Source: Lama guanicoe
Lineage: Eukaryota
Assembly: GCA_013239625.1 (NCBI GenBank)
Contig: MU053881.1
Location: forward strand, 14,438,373 to 14,502,372
DNA: 64,000 nucleotides
Reading direction: 5' to 3'
This document shows positions 1-13,160 of this stretch, one piece after another (the first letter of the stretch is position 1; the number at the start of each line of letters is the position of its first letter). Under the pieces are notes generated by a model. The model was not told where the DNA came from, searched no databases, and worked only from the letters and a program-made list of their open reading frames with translations. Both the position numbers and the translations under genes were made by a program.

Positions 1-628
1 CATTCTACACACTGTCAACTTGTACTGCCCAAGATGCTTTTACTTTCTGATTTACTGAGAGAGTGGTTTTCTAGAATATAAGAAAGGGTAGCTTCATCAC
101 TGTCCAGGAATCTTCCCAGAATGAGCACCAAAAAACCCCAACAAAACAAACTTGACCTTCCCTACCTAGTAAGCTACATTTAAGAGCAGCATAAGGAGCC
201 TGAGGCATCAAGAGAGGTGACAGGAGCGGAAGCCCCAAGACAGGGCCTCTGGGGCAGTGCTATGGTGCACCCTGTGGTATTCGGCAATCTGTCCACAAAA
301 CCACAGCAGCCCTTGCTGGACAGCACAGCCATCCAGAGGGCAGGAGGCCTTTCTGGAAATGGGCTCAAGACAGAGCTCTTAATCCCAGAAATGTGCTTCC
401 AACACCTTCAAAGACATCTGCTCTCCATTTCCTTGACTGTTTTAGTCCACAGGGAGTTGAGCTTTATATACTCAGATCTGGAATATTCTAGACCGAAATG
501 TACTCTGATATCCACTTAGCTAAATCCAAAACATGAATTGAGCTTGCAAATTTCCATTTCAGACTTTAACCCTCACGCCCCTGAGGAAACCTGACCGCTC
601 ATAACCAGTCTTTACGTCCCTGGTTCTA

Positions 629-799
<171 letters not shown>

Positions 800-922
800 C
801 TACAAGGGCAAGAGAACAAGGGATGAGGGGGGAGGCTGGGGGCCAGGGAACACAGGCCCCACTGTCACCAGCTCCACTGCGGGGTCATTCAAGAAGGCTC
901 ATTCAGCGTCAGTAAGGCTCAC

Positions 923-1055
923 CATGAGGGCCTCGGTGCTGGTCTCCTTCAAGGTCTCCTTCGTCAGCCCATTCACCCTTGGGCTCGCAGGTTGCTCGTT
1001 GTCAGAAAGCACGATCACGTCGGGCGAAGGGGCTCTCCTTTCCGACTTCATGTCG
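923..1055 (-). CDS. GATAD2A: GATAD2A coding exon, 133 nt: (S)[44 protein letters not shown]
   Basis: Acceptor ctccacag| at 1057-1056 and donor ATG|GTGAGC at 923/922. The phase-2 junction AG|C gives Ser. The peptide matches p66-alpha. Confidence 0.97.
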
Positions 1056-2070
1056 CTGTGGAGCCGGGACAGCAGGTTGTTACCAGAGTGCCCAGATTGT
1101 GCTGGACAGCGTTTCCAAGAGCTCCACACCCACACCCCACAGATGCCTGGATTCAGACACAAACACAGCATGGTGGCGGCAAGCAGGGCTGCCTCGCCCA
1201 ACCTCCCTACCACATGCCAGCCCAGGCTGCCTTCTCCCACCACACTCACCATGTGACACCCAAACCTGCCAGTGGGTGGCTGAGCCCCTCAAACACTGGG
1301 ACTGTTCTAGGTGCCCACTTCTGCATCCCGAGGGTTGAAGACGCCCTTGTGTCTAAAAGTGACAGTGTCATTTTGGAAAACACCACAGCTCCTTCCTTTA
1401 CAATGTGGCTCAACACTGAATAAAAACATTCAGTCCTGGATGGGCCTGCTGCTGGGGCTCCTACCTGCCCATGTTGGAAGCCACCTGATGGGGAGTCTGG
1501 CTCCCATATGAATCAGCCTTCTTCGCTCAACTCGGTCTCACTGACAGCCCACCTGCCCCCAGGAGATGGAAGGGCTGATACACATGCTGTTGGTCTACAG
1601 TCTAGCTCCTGGACATGGGGTGTCACCACCTCCCAAGGTGGCCAAGGCTGCCTGATGGATCCTGCCAGTGGCAACGTGGCAGTAGTGGCTGCATGTTCTG
1701 AAACTGACTAAAACACAAAATACATTTTTCTCTCACAGATCTGGGTACTTTCCACTCAACTGATCTGCTCACAAACTAGTTCCCAGCCACCCCTACCCAT
1801 CACCCTCTTGCCCTCTTACTCTTACCTCAATCCTACCACCCAAGTCCCCTAGGACATATATGCAGATCTAGTGCTACAGGGCTTCTGCTATGGTGTTGCT
1901 GTCCTTGCACATGAGGACCATTGGGTCCCAGAGATGGTGCTTCACCCCCAAGCATTTCCATTTGCTGAGAGCACAATGTAAAATTTCCATTAAGATCTGG
2001 CCTCTGCATTTGTGTTGAAGGAATTAAATCCTTCTTTCCATCAGGAGGAAAACCTGCCAAGAACTGATTG

Positions 2071-2089
2071 TGTCCACTAGGTGGCACTG
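2071..2089 (+). promoter_or_regulatory. Candidate CTCF site
   Basis: TGTCCACTAGGTGGCACTG closely matches the CTCF core CCASYAGRKGGCRS. Confidence 0.6.
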
Positions 2090-3118
2090 TAACACAGAGA
2101 ACAAACTCGATAAAGTTTAACTGGGAGTAACAGCTCAAAGTTGTCCCACCCCTTCCACTATAACCCAGCTGAGCGGGGACAGAGTTATAGATGGAAAATT
2201 GGTATTTTAACAGTACAATGAATTGCCTTTTCCATTCCTGGAGTGAGCTGTGTCTTCAACGAAGGATGGGCACAGAGGATCAGATGCTGACAGTTCACTG
2301 ACTCCCCCAGCCCCTCCTAATCCCACCTCCCAGAGTTGCATGGCTGCTGCACCTCAACACTCCCAGTCCTGATCCGATTTAACCAGCACAGCTGCTGAAT
2401 GGTCTCTTACAAGAGACCAGGAGAGTGGACAAATAGGCTTCCATTTCAAGGTATAGAATCCCTTCACTAGGGTTATCAGTCTGCATTCTCAAGTCCACAA
2501 ACTGGCTGGCTGTCTATAAAGTAACTCAGGATGCCTCACTAGGGCCTCCTCAAACTAAAAACCAATGCAATTTGGGAACCACCACTCTTTCAAGCCTGCA
2601 TGTCTCCCTGCTGACTGCCAACTCTGCCCCAAAATCAACTTTAAAGATGACCTCAGGGCTCCAATTCCAAGTTCTCCAGACCCACACCCAGACACTGAGC
2701 AGACATATGGATATGGCTCCAGCACAGGAGTTGCAGCCACTGGTCCCAGCCCAGCGGGGCTCCCAGGAGGCTGCACACAGGCAGAATCACGTCTAGAGTT
2801 ACAGACTGGAGGCATTTCCCGAGCAAAAGCACACTGAGACAACAGTAATCTACAGGGATTTATCACTTTTTATTATCTCACTGAGGACATGCACATCTTC
2901 CAAAGGTGAGATGTCTAATAAAGCTCAAATGTGCCTGAGGGAAGCAGGGAGGGTTAGGGACTGAGACCATCTGGAGGCTGAAGCTCCCTGAGATGGCCAC
3001 TCTGACCACAGTACTCCTAGGTCCCATCTTGGACTGAGACTAATCAATAACTCTTCCAAGAGATGACATCACCTCCCATCAGTGATCACTCAGCATCCCA
3101 GCAGCCAGCAGGGAGTGA

Positions 3119-3356
3119 ACTTCCTGTATGCTAATCAGGGCACCAAAAAGTCATGTGACAAAGGCATTTCCCTCTTTGGTCATGTGACCCTTTAACTGTG
3201 CCTTCCAACGTGAAAACCATGGCAACAGCCAGTTCTAACCAGTTTGTGACACGCAGACTTCATTTTGAGAAGTGAGGTAGGGTTCAGGTGCTGTCAGAAA
3301 ATGGAGGCACCCAGATCACCCTGGGGCTGCCAGGCTGCAGGCACTTCCTGTGTGGT
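3119..3356. promoter_or_regulatory. Candidate intronic enhancer (two M-box/CLEAR-like E-boxes, ETS, RUNX, RFX half-site)
   Basis: GTCATGTGAC at 3150-3159 and 3179-3188; ACTTCCTG at 3119-3126 and 3343-3350; TGTGGT at 3351-3356; CCATGGCAAC at 3217-3226. Confidence 0.45.
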
Positions 3357-4157
3357 GCCGGCCCACAGGGGACCTTTCCTGTGTTACTGGGACCTAGGAC
3401 ACCTCTTCTAAAAACAGAAGGGCCACCAGCCCTACTAGTTTCCAACACAAAAAACTTTCCTACACTCAATTTTTAAAGCAAAGGTGCTTCAAGTCTCTCA
3501 GTACTTTCCCAGTACTGAGTTCTTTTAATTCAGGAAAAAAATATACCCACTTGACAAAGGCTCAAAATTATCATGGGCATTCTTTTTTAAAAAGCGTTTT
3601 AAATTATAAAACCATTTAGGCCAGAAGAATAAAGCAGAGGAAATTTAGCCCAATATGCCAGGGGAACAGTGTCACGGCCAGGTGCCCGGGCACCAAGTTT
3701 ATTTGGAAGCTATCTGATTTCAGGGCAAATCTGACAAGCCCATCATGCCCACCTTGGGAACCCTTATGTAAAATACAATCAGAAGAGATTTTACGTGACC
3801 AATGAAAATCCCTGGAAGCAGGCCAGGCTGTTAGCAAAAAAAAAAAGTCTCACTACCTCCTCCCCTGTATGCCGGCTGTGGCTAAACACCAAAGTTCTGT
3901 TACCTGCCAGGAACTTCCATCAAGTTTCCTGGAGAGAAGGCAGGGACTATAAACTTAACTCATGACTAGATCCCTCACCCACAGCACCAGACTACTACCC
4001 CAGTTGCTTACCAATTAATGGCCAGTGCAAGGTTAATATTTAGTGTCCCCCTGGCCCGTGCCAGAGGAAGCGGTTTCATTCAAGGAAAAGAAGATCTGAC
4101 CTTTGTCATTCTCTGTACGGGCCTGCCTGATGTCCAGGGAAGGCACAGTTGATCCAC

Positions 4158-4250
4158 ACTCATTCATTTCTTCGCTCACTCCTATTTGTTGAAAACTAAC
4201 CTAAGGGGCAGGTGTTGTGCCAGGATGTGGGGAGAAACCCCTGGATAAAA
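4158..4250 (-). mobile_element. L2 LINE 3'-end remnant
   Basis: cattcatttc...tatttgttgaaaactaac...caggtgttgtgccagg resembles a reversed L2 tail. Confidence 0.5.
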
Positions 4251-6419
4251 GCAGTTCTGTCCTTAGGGTCCACCAGGAGGGACAGATGCAAAGCCAGGAG
4301 AAAGAGGCGCAGGTGGGGTATGTCCACAGGTAAGAATGAACCACCACCCACCTCAGCCCCCAGAGCAAAATGGTAGCTTCACCGGGGCGCCTTACTGCCC
4401 CAGACCTGCTGGATCAAAGCCTGCATTTTTATAAGATCCCTGAGATTTCTGCACACACATTGGAGAAGTCTGGGATGACTGTGGGCCCAATGAGGCCTCA
4501 GGATAACAAATTCCTCCTCAGGTCTGACCCAGCAAGACAAGCAGGGCTGGGGCCAACTACTCCCTCTCAGAACCCTCCCTCATCCACTCATCTTTAGGGG
4601 CTGGTTGGGCGGGGAGAGGCAGGTGATTGCTAGCTGTGTTTAAAGATGGGGTGAGGGGCTTTGCCAGACCCAGCATCAGTCTCACCAGCTCCTACAAACA
4701 CTAGCCTTGGCCCCACCAGACCCTCCCCCAAGACTCTCCTCCCACTGGAGCCTGTTCACACCTCCCAGGCCCAAGCTCCTGCTCATACGTATGTCCTGCT
4801 GTGGGCTCTACCCGCCCTCACCACCATTCCCTCCATCACACTCTCCAGTCTCCCTTGTGAGCCCCAACTCACACTTCAAGACGCACTTCAAACCATCTGT
4901 GCCCTTAGAAAAGTCCCTGGCTGACCCAGCCCCCTGACGCCAGCCCTGGGAGCATAGTCAGCACTACTCCACTGCACTCACGGGACTGGCCCCGCAAAAC
5001 AGCGCATCTGAGGGACCTTCCTAGCCCTAGCTCCAACTGCCCACCCTGGGGGCAGGGAGCTCAAGGCAGAACTTAGGGTTTCCTCTCAAGGGCAGCGCGA
5101 GCCTGAGCAGAGGCACCCCTCCCACCAGCAACCAGCTCACTCACCCTCACCCCAGTAAGCTCATCCAAGGAAAGTGCCTTCACTTCCTATAAGGCATAAT
5201 CATGGTGGCCTTGTGCCAGATCAGCTCACCCTCTCACAGCCTCCCAGGGTGATGCTGTCATTGCCCATTTGGCAAGCAGTTTCCCCCATCCTAAGCAGGG
5301 GTCATCACAGGCGCAGCAGCCAGGGACCCATTGTCCCACTTGGGGTCTATTTCCACGAAGCCAGGGAACTGCAGCTCCTAGTAAAGGCCAGAATGTTTCC
5401 AGGGTGGCCCAGCAATCAAAGGGCAAAGAGAGAGGTCCAGCTCTGATGTGACTCCACAACCCACAAAAAAGGCTGAGGCTCCCTAACTCCTCAAAGCCAA
5501 AGAGGCAGGAATTTCCTTCTGGTGCCATGCTGGGTGGGAGACAAGTCATAGGGCCCCCTCCCAGAGAAGGTTCTGTACACACACTGAGGGGTGGGGGGTG
5601 ATGTCACACTCCCACAAATCCAGGTCTTACTTGGTTCTGCCTCTCTCAAGTGAAAAGCCCAGGGCAGGACACTTCCCTCTCTGTGCCTCCTACAAGTATA
5701 GGGATAGTCACTCCTGCCCTGCTGCCCCTCAGGGTTGCTGGGTGAGGTGAGACCTCGGTGCCAAGGAGGCTCAGACACCCTAGGAGGCCATCAGGGCAGT
5801 TCAGGACCTAAGCTTTCCTAAAGCAGTAGGGAGCTGCTGGCTGTCAATGTGAACTTGACATGTAGCCATCAATCTGCCGCCAAGAGTAACACCTGAATAT
5901 TCTCAAACCCACCAGTGAAGACAGGGATTGTGGTTGCTCTATGGGTGCTCAGGAGACACAATTGGTATGCACCTACCCCCTCCTCTTCCCTGCACCTGGC
6001 TCCAGGATGGGGTCTGTGAGTTCGTGAGGAATCTGCAATGCCTGTAGACTGACTGATGACCCTGCACATGTGGGCAGCTCTCCCCACATGCACACAGATA
6101 CAGCATTACTAAAGGATGTGCATTCTCACTTAAAAGGATTTCTGAATTCTGTGTCATTATATCTTTTCAAGTGCTAAGCCCTGGAAGTCCAACTCCTAAC
6201 CGATGAGTCCAGGACTCTGGTGGATATTAAAGAGTCCCAATACTCATAGTTGACACAACCCTGTACAGAGGACCACTGCACGACACCCTTAGAGGGCACC
6301 CTGCCAGCTCTGCAGAACACTGTGGAGGCAGCTCATGCTCAGACCCTCATTGTCAGTTCTGTCTCTAGGACCTGGGCTAGTTTTGTGGCTCACTCTGCGG
6401 CTAGGAGTGAGGAACACAG

Positions 6420-6760
6420 AGGAAGCAACGATGCAAGCTTTCACAGAATAGTCATAGCCTTGAAAGCTTCTGCTTGGGCCCTTGGAACACATGCTCTGGG
6501 AGGCAACTAGGACTGTGCTGAGACCACCCTGGTGTGGGATGCCAAGCTAGCTGCACAGAAAGAGGGTCACAGAGACAGACATGGAGATGAGTCCAGCCAA
6601 CCTATGTGAGTGACAAAGCCACTGGGGACATCCAGTCCAGCTGACATGGGACTACAAAGATGAGAGCCCAAGAAGCAGGGCCCAGCTGGGACCAGCCAAC
6701 CAGCAGATCTGACAGACTATGCTACACTGATATAGTTACTTTAAGCCACTCGACTAATGG
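6420..6760 (+). mobile_element. MaLR LTR remnant (MLT1-like)
   Basis: gcttctgcttgggcccttggaacac...gccaagctagc...atgtgagtga...tttaagccact, typical MLT1 motifs. Confidence 0.6.
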
Positions 6761-9664
6761 GGCTAATAGCCCAGTTCTGCCCCCAGGGAGCTAGCCCACA
6801 CTACTGTAACTCCACATCCTCCCTCACATTGACCCACAAGGTCACCCACTCGAGGCACTACCCTGGGACAAAGCAGGGAGAGAGAAGGCGAGAAAGAAAA
6901 GGTTTACCCAGTAACCACCCCTGCTGAACCTCAAACAACCCACCACCACCACCACAAGGACCAGCAGCAGCAGTTCTCTGTACACAAAGGCTGCCTATGA
7001 CACATGCAGATTTGGGAGTAGATTGGAGCACAGCTCCAGGAAGGCCCAGGAGGAGGAACACAGAGCTGCCCAACGAAGAAAGGGGATGAACAGAGGGTCC
7101 CACAGGAGAGGAGGGGGCCATCCTCAGGCCTGGGAGCCACCACCAGTGGCTTCAGGCACTGCCGAGAATGGAGTCTTGAGTCAAAGCTGGAAAGGAATTC
7201 CACATATTTATCCAGTAAGCACCCTCATTTGAGAAATACTGCTAGAAAAGTCCTAAAGAGAGAAAAATAAGACAATTATCACCAGTTCATGGGTTAGTCC
7301 TACCACCTGGTAACATTTCATTGGCAGGCCCCTGCATCCTGGACATCTCAAGACATGTTCCTGGGATCTTTCACAGGAACCTGGGCATGGGAGTTTTTTC
7401 CTGGGACCTCACAACATCCTACTCTCCTTTCCAAAGTGGCCTTGTTCACTCAGTCAATGTAATTAGAAAGAGAATTCTGCTACACACAGACACAGGCTGC
7501 ACCCCCTAAGCCAAAGACTTGCTCACCCTGGGGGTTAGTGGGTGTTGATAAGTGCCTGGTCCCTGCCTCGCCCCTGGAGCCCACCTGCTTCCCGCCTGCC
7601 CACCCCAGTCCCTCAGAGATTCACTCAGCTCCCTCAGCCCCCCTGCGATTCCCTAGACTCCCTTCTTGGCATCCATTACCACTTCTCCCAGCCCTGTAAC
7701 TTGACACCCTGTTGGCTGGGATGTCAAGACAAAAGCCCAGAGCCTGCTTTGTGGGGGCCAGGAAGTTAGAATACATTTTGCTTCTAGGCCACTGAGGCCA
7801 TAGAGGTGAGCAGCTGAGATGAGATTTTTGAAACCGACTCATAATTCTTCCTGGAGACTCTAGGTCCAGCTATTGCTCTGGGACTCCATTATGGCCCACC
7901 CTGCCTCAGATAAAGCCAAACATCTCAGAAGAAAGGGAGGAGCATGTGTAACCAATGTCTGGCCCCTCTCCCCCACCCCACATCCAGGGCCCCCAGCACA
8001 GAGGCGGGCAGTCCCAGGGCACAAGCAGCTGGAGTGGAAGAAGACTGTGCCATCAGCAAGACCAGGAGGCATTCAGTCTGTACTGCTGGGGCTCCTTCTA
8101 GGAACATGGGAGCCCCTGGAAGTCACGCAGCCTGGCCAGGGAGACCTAGAGGACCTCACTATAACTGAAAACAGGGATGGGGGCCAGTTTTGGGGATGTG
8201 TGGAGTCACTGTAGAAACATTCCAAGGACAGGCAGAAGAGAATGCTCCCTGGGCCCACAGCTGGCAGTGGCCCCACAGAAAACCCCAACATCAAATGGCA
8301 ACGGGGTAGCCTACAGGGCCAGCACCCACCCAAGGTCACTGCAGCTCGACCCTGCCAGCAGGCAACATGTTCCAGCTGGGACAACACCAGGAAGGCTAAA
8401 TCCAACTCAGCACTCTCTATGCTTAGAAATTTAGGAAGGGGCATTTGTTAGAAATGACCACAGGCATAGAACTGAAACGTTGACAATGTGAGGTTTGGAA
8501 AATCACCCAGGACATTCGTTGACCCTTTACGACAGCCATCTCTGCACCAACCACCCAGATGCACGTGTAAGCCTCTTAACGGCTCAACTGTCACCCAGAT
8601 CCACAGGTGGGGATAGAGTCTGAAGAGAGTGACTTACTGAGGATCCATGCCCATGGCCCGCAGATAACTAGGGCCTATACCAGACCCAGGCTCCTGCAGG
8701 ACCCTTGGCTGGTCTGCCCAAGTCTGGCACACCACACTGCACTGGGTCCTGGCTCTCTATCCTGGTCAGACCAGCTGGGCACTCATGGCCTGCAGGGGGC
8801 TCAATGGTATCCTAGAAAAGGAGGTGCAGGGAGTGAACGGGTTCCACATAACTGTCAACTCTGAGGCCTCTAACTAGGGTTATCAAATACCATTTGGGGG
8901 CTAGGTTGAAGAGGAAAATGCTTTATTTATACTTGAAGGATCCTGGACAGCCAGCAGCATCTGCATGCCAAGTCCCTGAGGTGATAAAAGAGATGACAGT
9001 GCGAGGACATGGATGTGGTCCTCGGATTTGACTGGGAAACAACTCTTGCTACATGTGGGCCACTGCCTGCTTGAGGAAGCTAGGTGGAGTTTCAGTACTC
9101 GGGAATTCAGGCTTCCAAAGGGCCCAGGCCTGGTAAGTGAAGGAGTAGGGGACCCCAACTGCCAATCACAGTACCAACACTAGCATCCCCTCCGTCCTCT
9201 GTCACCGTAACCACATGAGACCAACCTTCCTCCAGGGAGGAGCTCAGGAGCACTCTGTAGAGCAGGGCAATTCCCTACATCAGATGAACCCAAACACACT
9301 TCCTGGGTTGCCAACTTCCTCACCAACTCACAGCAAGAGAAAAGTCACCTGTGTGCGGATGAAACCACACATGAGAAACAAACACTACTGCTTTCTAGCT
9401 TGCAAAGACCACAAACTCTTATGATAAATGGAAAGTGCTCAATTCCTGGAAGTTTCTTGTCCCCTCCTAAATATGTTCTGCACTGCTGGATCCTTCTCCA
9501 CCAGCCCCTGGCAAATCCCAGGGGATGTCCTCCCAGCATGATTCAGGTGTTCCCCACACCCCACCAGATCTGCTCCAGATACTCTGAGCAAAACAGCTGT
9601 GAGAATCCCTCCAAGTCAGCCACGAGGACCATGGAGTGGCGGGCGGGGGATAGGCACTCCCTCT

Positions 9665-9785
9665 GTGGCTGCGGGGACCTGACCCAGTCACCAAACCTCA
9701 AAGAGCCTCAGTTTCTTCATCTGCAGAATGGGACACTGCTGACCTTGAGAGGATGTTGTGAACTACAAAAGGCATAGAAAGTGCA
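9665..9785 (+). mobile_element. MIR SINE core
   Basis: gagcctcagtttcttcatctgcagaatggg...gaggatgttgtga. Confidence 0.75.
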
Positions 9786-10159
9786 GCTAGTCAACGGATG
9801 ATGACCCTATCTCGCTCCTATCCTTGCAGAACGTAATATACAACTCAGGGCAGTCCCCATCCCCTTTTCTGCTGTAATTTAGCTCTGAATTGATTTATCT
9901 TGCCACCTGCCCTGCAATCTGAGGTCTCTGGGGACAAGGTGGCAGGCTGAGGGCTTCTCTTCCTCCCACAGCTTGACCCCAGCAGGCCATTAACCACCGT
10001 CCTGCCTGAGATGTGAGCTCAGAGCCCTGCCAGGCATCCTTGCCTGTGCCCACACTAGGCAGTCCATTTCTAAACTGCCTGCGCTCCTCCCAGGGTGGTC
10101 CTCAGGACCCCTTCAGGGGCTCTGCCTGGTTGGTGCAACACTGATTTGCTTTTTTCATC

Positions 10160-10708
10160 AGGTTGGCATAGTTGCACCAAACTGTGCCAAGACTCAAAAT
10201 GTCATCACGCTGTAGGCAATGCCCTGGATGAAGTACAAGCTATTGATTTTATTAAAACTCAACCCTTGTGTACATGTCTTTTTAATATTCTGTGACAAGA
10301 TAAAGCACTCTTGCTGTGTACCAAAGCAGAACAGTCATCCAGGAAAAAAAAAATCACATTTGAGTGGTGACAATGTTTGAACGAGGACTGACAGACATGC
10401 TGTGGTCATTCAGACTTGGTTGTCTGTCACACACTTTCCCCAAAATGGTCAAAGCAAAGCCTCTTTCCTTCAAGGAAAACAACTGATAATATTTGACACC
10501 AATGACAATGTCTGAGCTTCCAACAAACAAAATGTAGTATTTTGGGAAACTTGTGAGCCAAGCCAATCAGATAATTAACCAATCTGATTTCGTGATACTG
10601 AAAAATGAAATGTGTCAGCATATGAAAGATCCGTCACTCAGTAAACTACTATTTTCTAATGTTCAATGGTACCATAAACTCAAACACAAGTAAAAGACCA
10701 TTCAAGGG
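10160..10708 (+). mobile_element. hAT-Charlie (Charlie1-like) DNA transposon, decayed transposase, 5' part
   Basis: Decayed transposase motifs IDFIKTQPL..LFNIL, ALLL.T and LSLQGKQL...FW are visible in the + frames. Confidence 0.75.
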
Positions 10709-11365
10709 GAGAAAAGACAAATCTAGGCAGAAGAATCCCAAATAATTTGTGTAGATGTTCCACCCTCAAGGAGGTAGAATGTGACTCCCCATCCCTTAGG
10801 TGTGTGCTGTAAATAGTGACTTCTTTCCTAAGGGAGGAAGAGAGCAACCAACAGTGGAGACACCCGACAGACGCTACCTCAGTCAGATGATCAAGGTCAA
10901 CATCACACTCATAAGTTACACTGATGGCATGTGCCTTAGACACGGTGTGATGAGAAACGCACTTCACCTGTGGTCCTCCTCCCAAATCTCAGTCCAGCCA
11001 TGAGAAAAATACCAGACAAATTCCAAATGAGGGCCATGCTACAAAACATCTGATTGGTTCTCCTCAAAACTGTCAAAACCAAGAAAGTCCGAGAAACCAT
11101 CTCAGCCCAGCCTAAAGAGATAATGATGACAAAATGCCACATGGGATCCTGGGATAGAAAAGGTGAAAAACACAGGAAATCTGAACAGACAGTATTGGCT
11201 TTGGTTAATAGTAACATATGGGCCATTGGGTCACTACTTGTGACAAAAGTTCCAGAGTAATCTGTTAACAACCGGGAGACTGGGGTGGGATGTACAGGAA
11301 CGATTTTTCCAACTTTTCTGTAAATCTAAAACAATCCTAAAATGTAAAGTTTAGTTTTAAAAAAA
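10709..11365 (+). mobile_element. L1 3'-UTR (L1MC/L1MD-like) inserted in the Charlie element
   Basis: acagtggagacacc...tgatcaaggtcaacatca...atgggatcctggatagaaa...tgtaaatctaaaac, followed by an A-rich tail. Confidence 0.8.
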
Positions 11366-11845
11366 TGTTCTGTTCAAAGTGCAAGAAAGACGGATGGGCT
11401 TTAACATAGTCAAGAACAAAAACGTCACTGATAGTCAAGATTTCAGAGTCTATAGTGTAACTAACTGTTAGGAATGGCCACTTTGTGTTTTGGTGTCACA
11501 TTAAAGCAAGAAACGCACAATTATCCTAAAAGACTAACCAAACACTCCTCCCTGCTCCAACTGCTTCTCGGTGTGAGGTTAGACTTTCTTCACACGCGTC
11601 AACCCTAACAACATATCATAAGAAACTAGATGCAGAAGCAGATACGAGAATCCAGCTGTCTACTTATTAAGCCAAGTATAAAGGAGATCTGCAAAATAGT
11701 TATTTTTTATTTTAAAAGAGTTCTTCATGCTAACAAGTAATGAATTTATTACTATCATCTTTAAATTAGTAAGTATTGTCAAATTTTCTAACACAGTAAA
11801 TGTCAACAGATATTTCCCACACAACCAAATGTCCTTGGGGCCCAG
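11366..11845 (+). mobile_element. hAT-Charlie (Charlie1-like), 3' part with decayed hATC dimerisation domain
   Basis: Reads LLPAPTASRCEVRLSS...KLDAEADTRIQLS, resembling the hAT C-terminal LLPFPTTYLCE.GFS...EADMRIQLS motif. Confidence 0.78.
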
Positions 11846-13049
11846 AGATGGAGAAGGGGCTGCACCAGTGCTTTCGGCAAAGGGTTTCCCAACTCCATCA
11901 CAGATGCCAGTCTGAGCGAAGACTCCCAAATGGGAGTCCTCCTGGCATGTCACAACCCACGTGGCTTTCTCTTGCTGCTAAAGTTGTTTTGAAAAGCAAG
12001 ACGTTATTAAAAATCTAACAGGACTCACCCCACAGATATGCTGTAATTTCCCAATAAATCTATTCAGCTATAAGCCAACAAAATTTGGTAACCCTGTTCT
12101 GTGGCCTTAAAGGGGGCAATTGTACAGGCCCCATAGTTACCCAATTCATAGAGAACTTGGCACTTCCCGGGGTGGTCCAGACACCCTGCATCTGTAGATA
12201 GGGAAGCCAAGCAGACTTCCAGTGAAGGCAGGTTGGGCACCCCAGGCCCCCAGTACCAGGACACTATCCTGCATCCCCACTCCCACCCCGTACTGCCACT
12301 CTCCAGGCAAAGGCAACTCTTCCCTACTTCAGCGTGTCTACCTCTGCTCTCACATGCAGACATCCAGCAAGCTTCTGAGCTCCAACCAGGACCAGAGCAT
12401 CAACTCTCCCCCCTAGAGAGGGTGGTCCATGACCCACTCTTCCCAGCCCAACAACCTGGCCCTAGTTCCACCACAGTGGGCCTTCTCAGGCCCTGAGTCC
12501 AAGCAAAGCCAATGGTTCCAGGGACGTGAACCCCTGAGCTCCCCAGAACATGCCACCCAACTGCTATTTCCCACACTGCCCATGGATACTGCAAGTCCTC
12601 CTGAAGGAAGAAAATGCTATGTGCCTGGACTGGTTGTTCTCTTTAGAGCACTACTGCATTTAAAGCTGCTTCTGAAAGCTATCAAGGCCCTGCCTTAAGG
12701 AATTCGGCATGCCACCAGGTCTCAGTCCCCCCTAAGACCTGAAGCTTTTCAATGTGATTACATCATAACTATTTTTAAGATTTAAGTTCTAAAAATAAGC
12801 ACTCTTATGGCTTGGGACCCAAGGAAGGGGACACGTAGTAACGTCTGGTATGTCTCCCACACATCAAATACTCCTTACCAACATCACCCCCACCTCTTGG
12901 GGTAGGGGGGAAGCATCCACAGAGCTGGATCAGCTACTGGAAACCCAGCTCCCCTCTCCCTCCATCCCTAGACACCCTTGAGTCCCAAGGCTCCTTCCCA
13001 TCAGTGCTGTGACAAACCTTACTGGACCATGCTGGGAGCTTCTGAGACC

Positions 13050-13160
13050 TGAGAATGACCAACCTCACTTTAGAGGAGATGGTAGGCTCTGAGGGTAGGG
13101 CACAATGTCCCAGGCTACACAGGGGTGTGAGTGAAATCAAGCTGTCAGATACCCATATTC
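13050..13160 (-). mobile_element. MIR remnant
   Basis: cctcactttagaggag...aggctctgagggtagggcacaatgtcccaggctacacag. Confidence 0.5.

Noticed and set aside
899..1252. 117-aa ORF as a stand-alone gene
   Set aside because: Only 923-1055 is exonic; the rest is intron read-through bounded by clear splice sites.
10095..11700. Domesticated or intact transposase gene
   Set aside because: Multiple stops, frameshifts and deletions, plus an L1 insertion.
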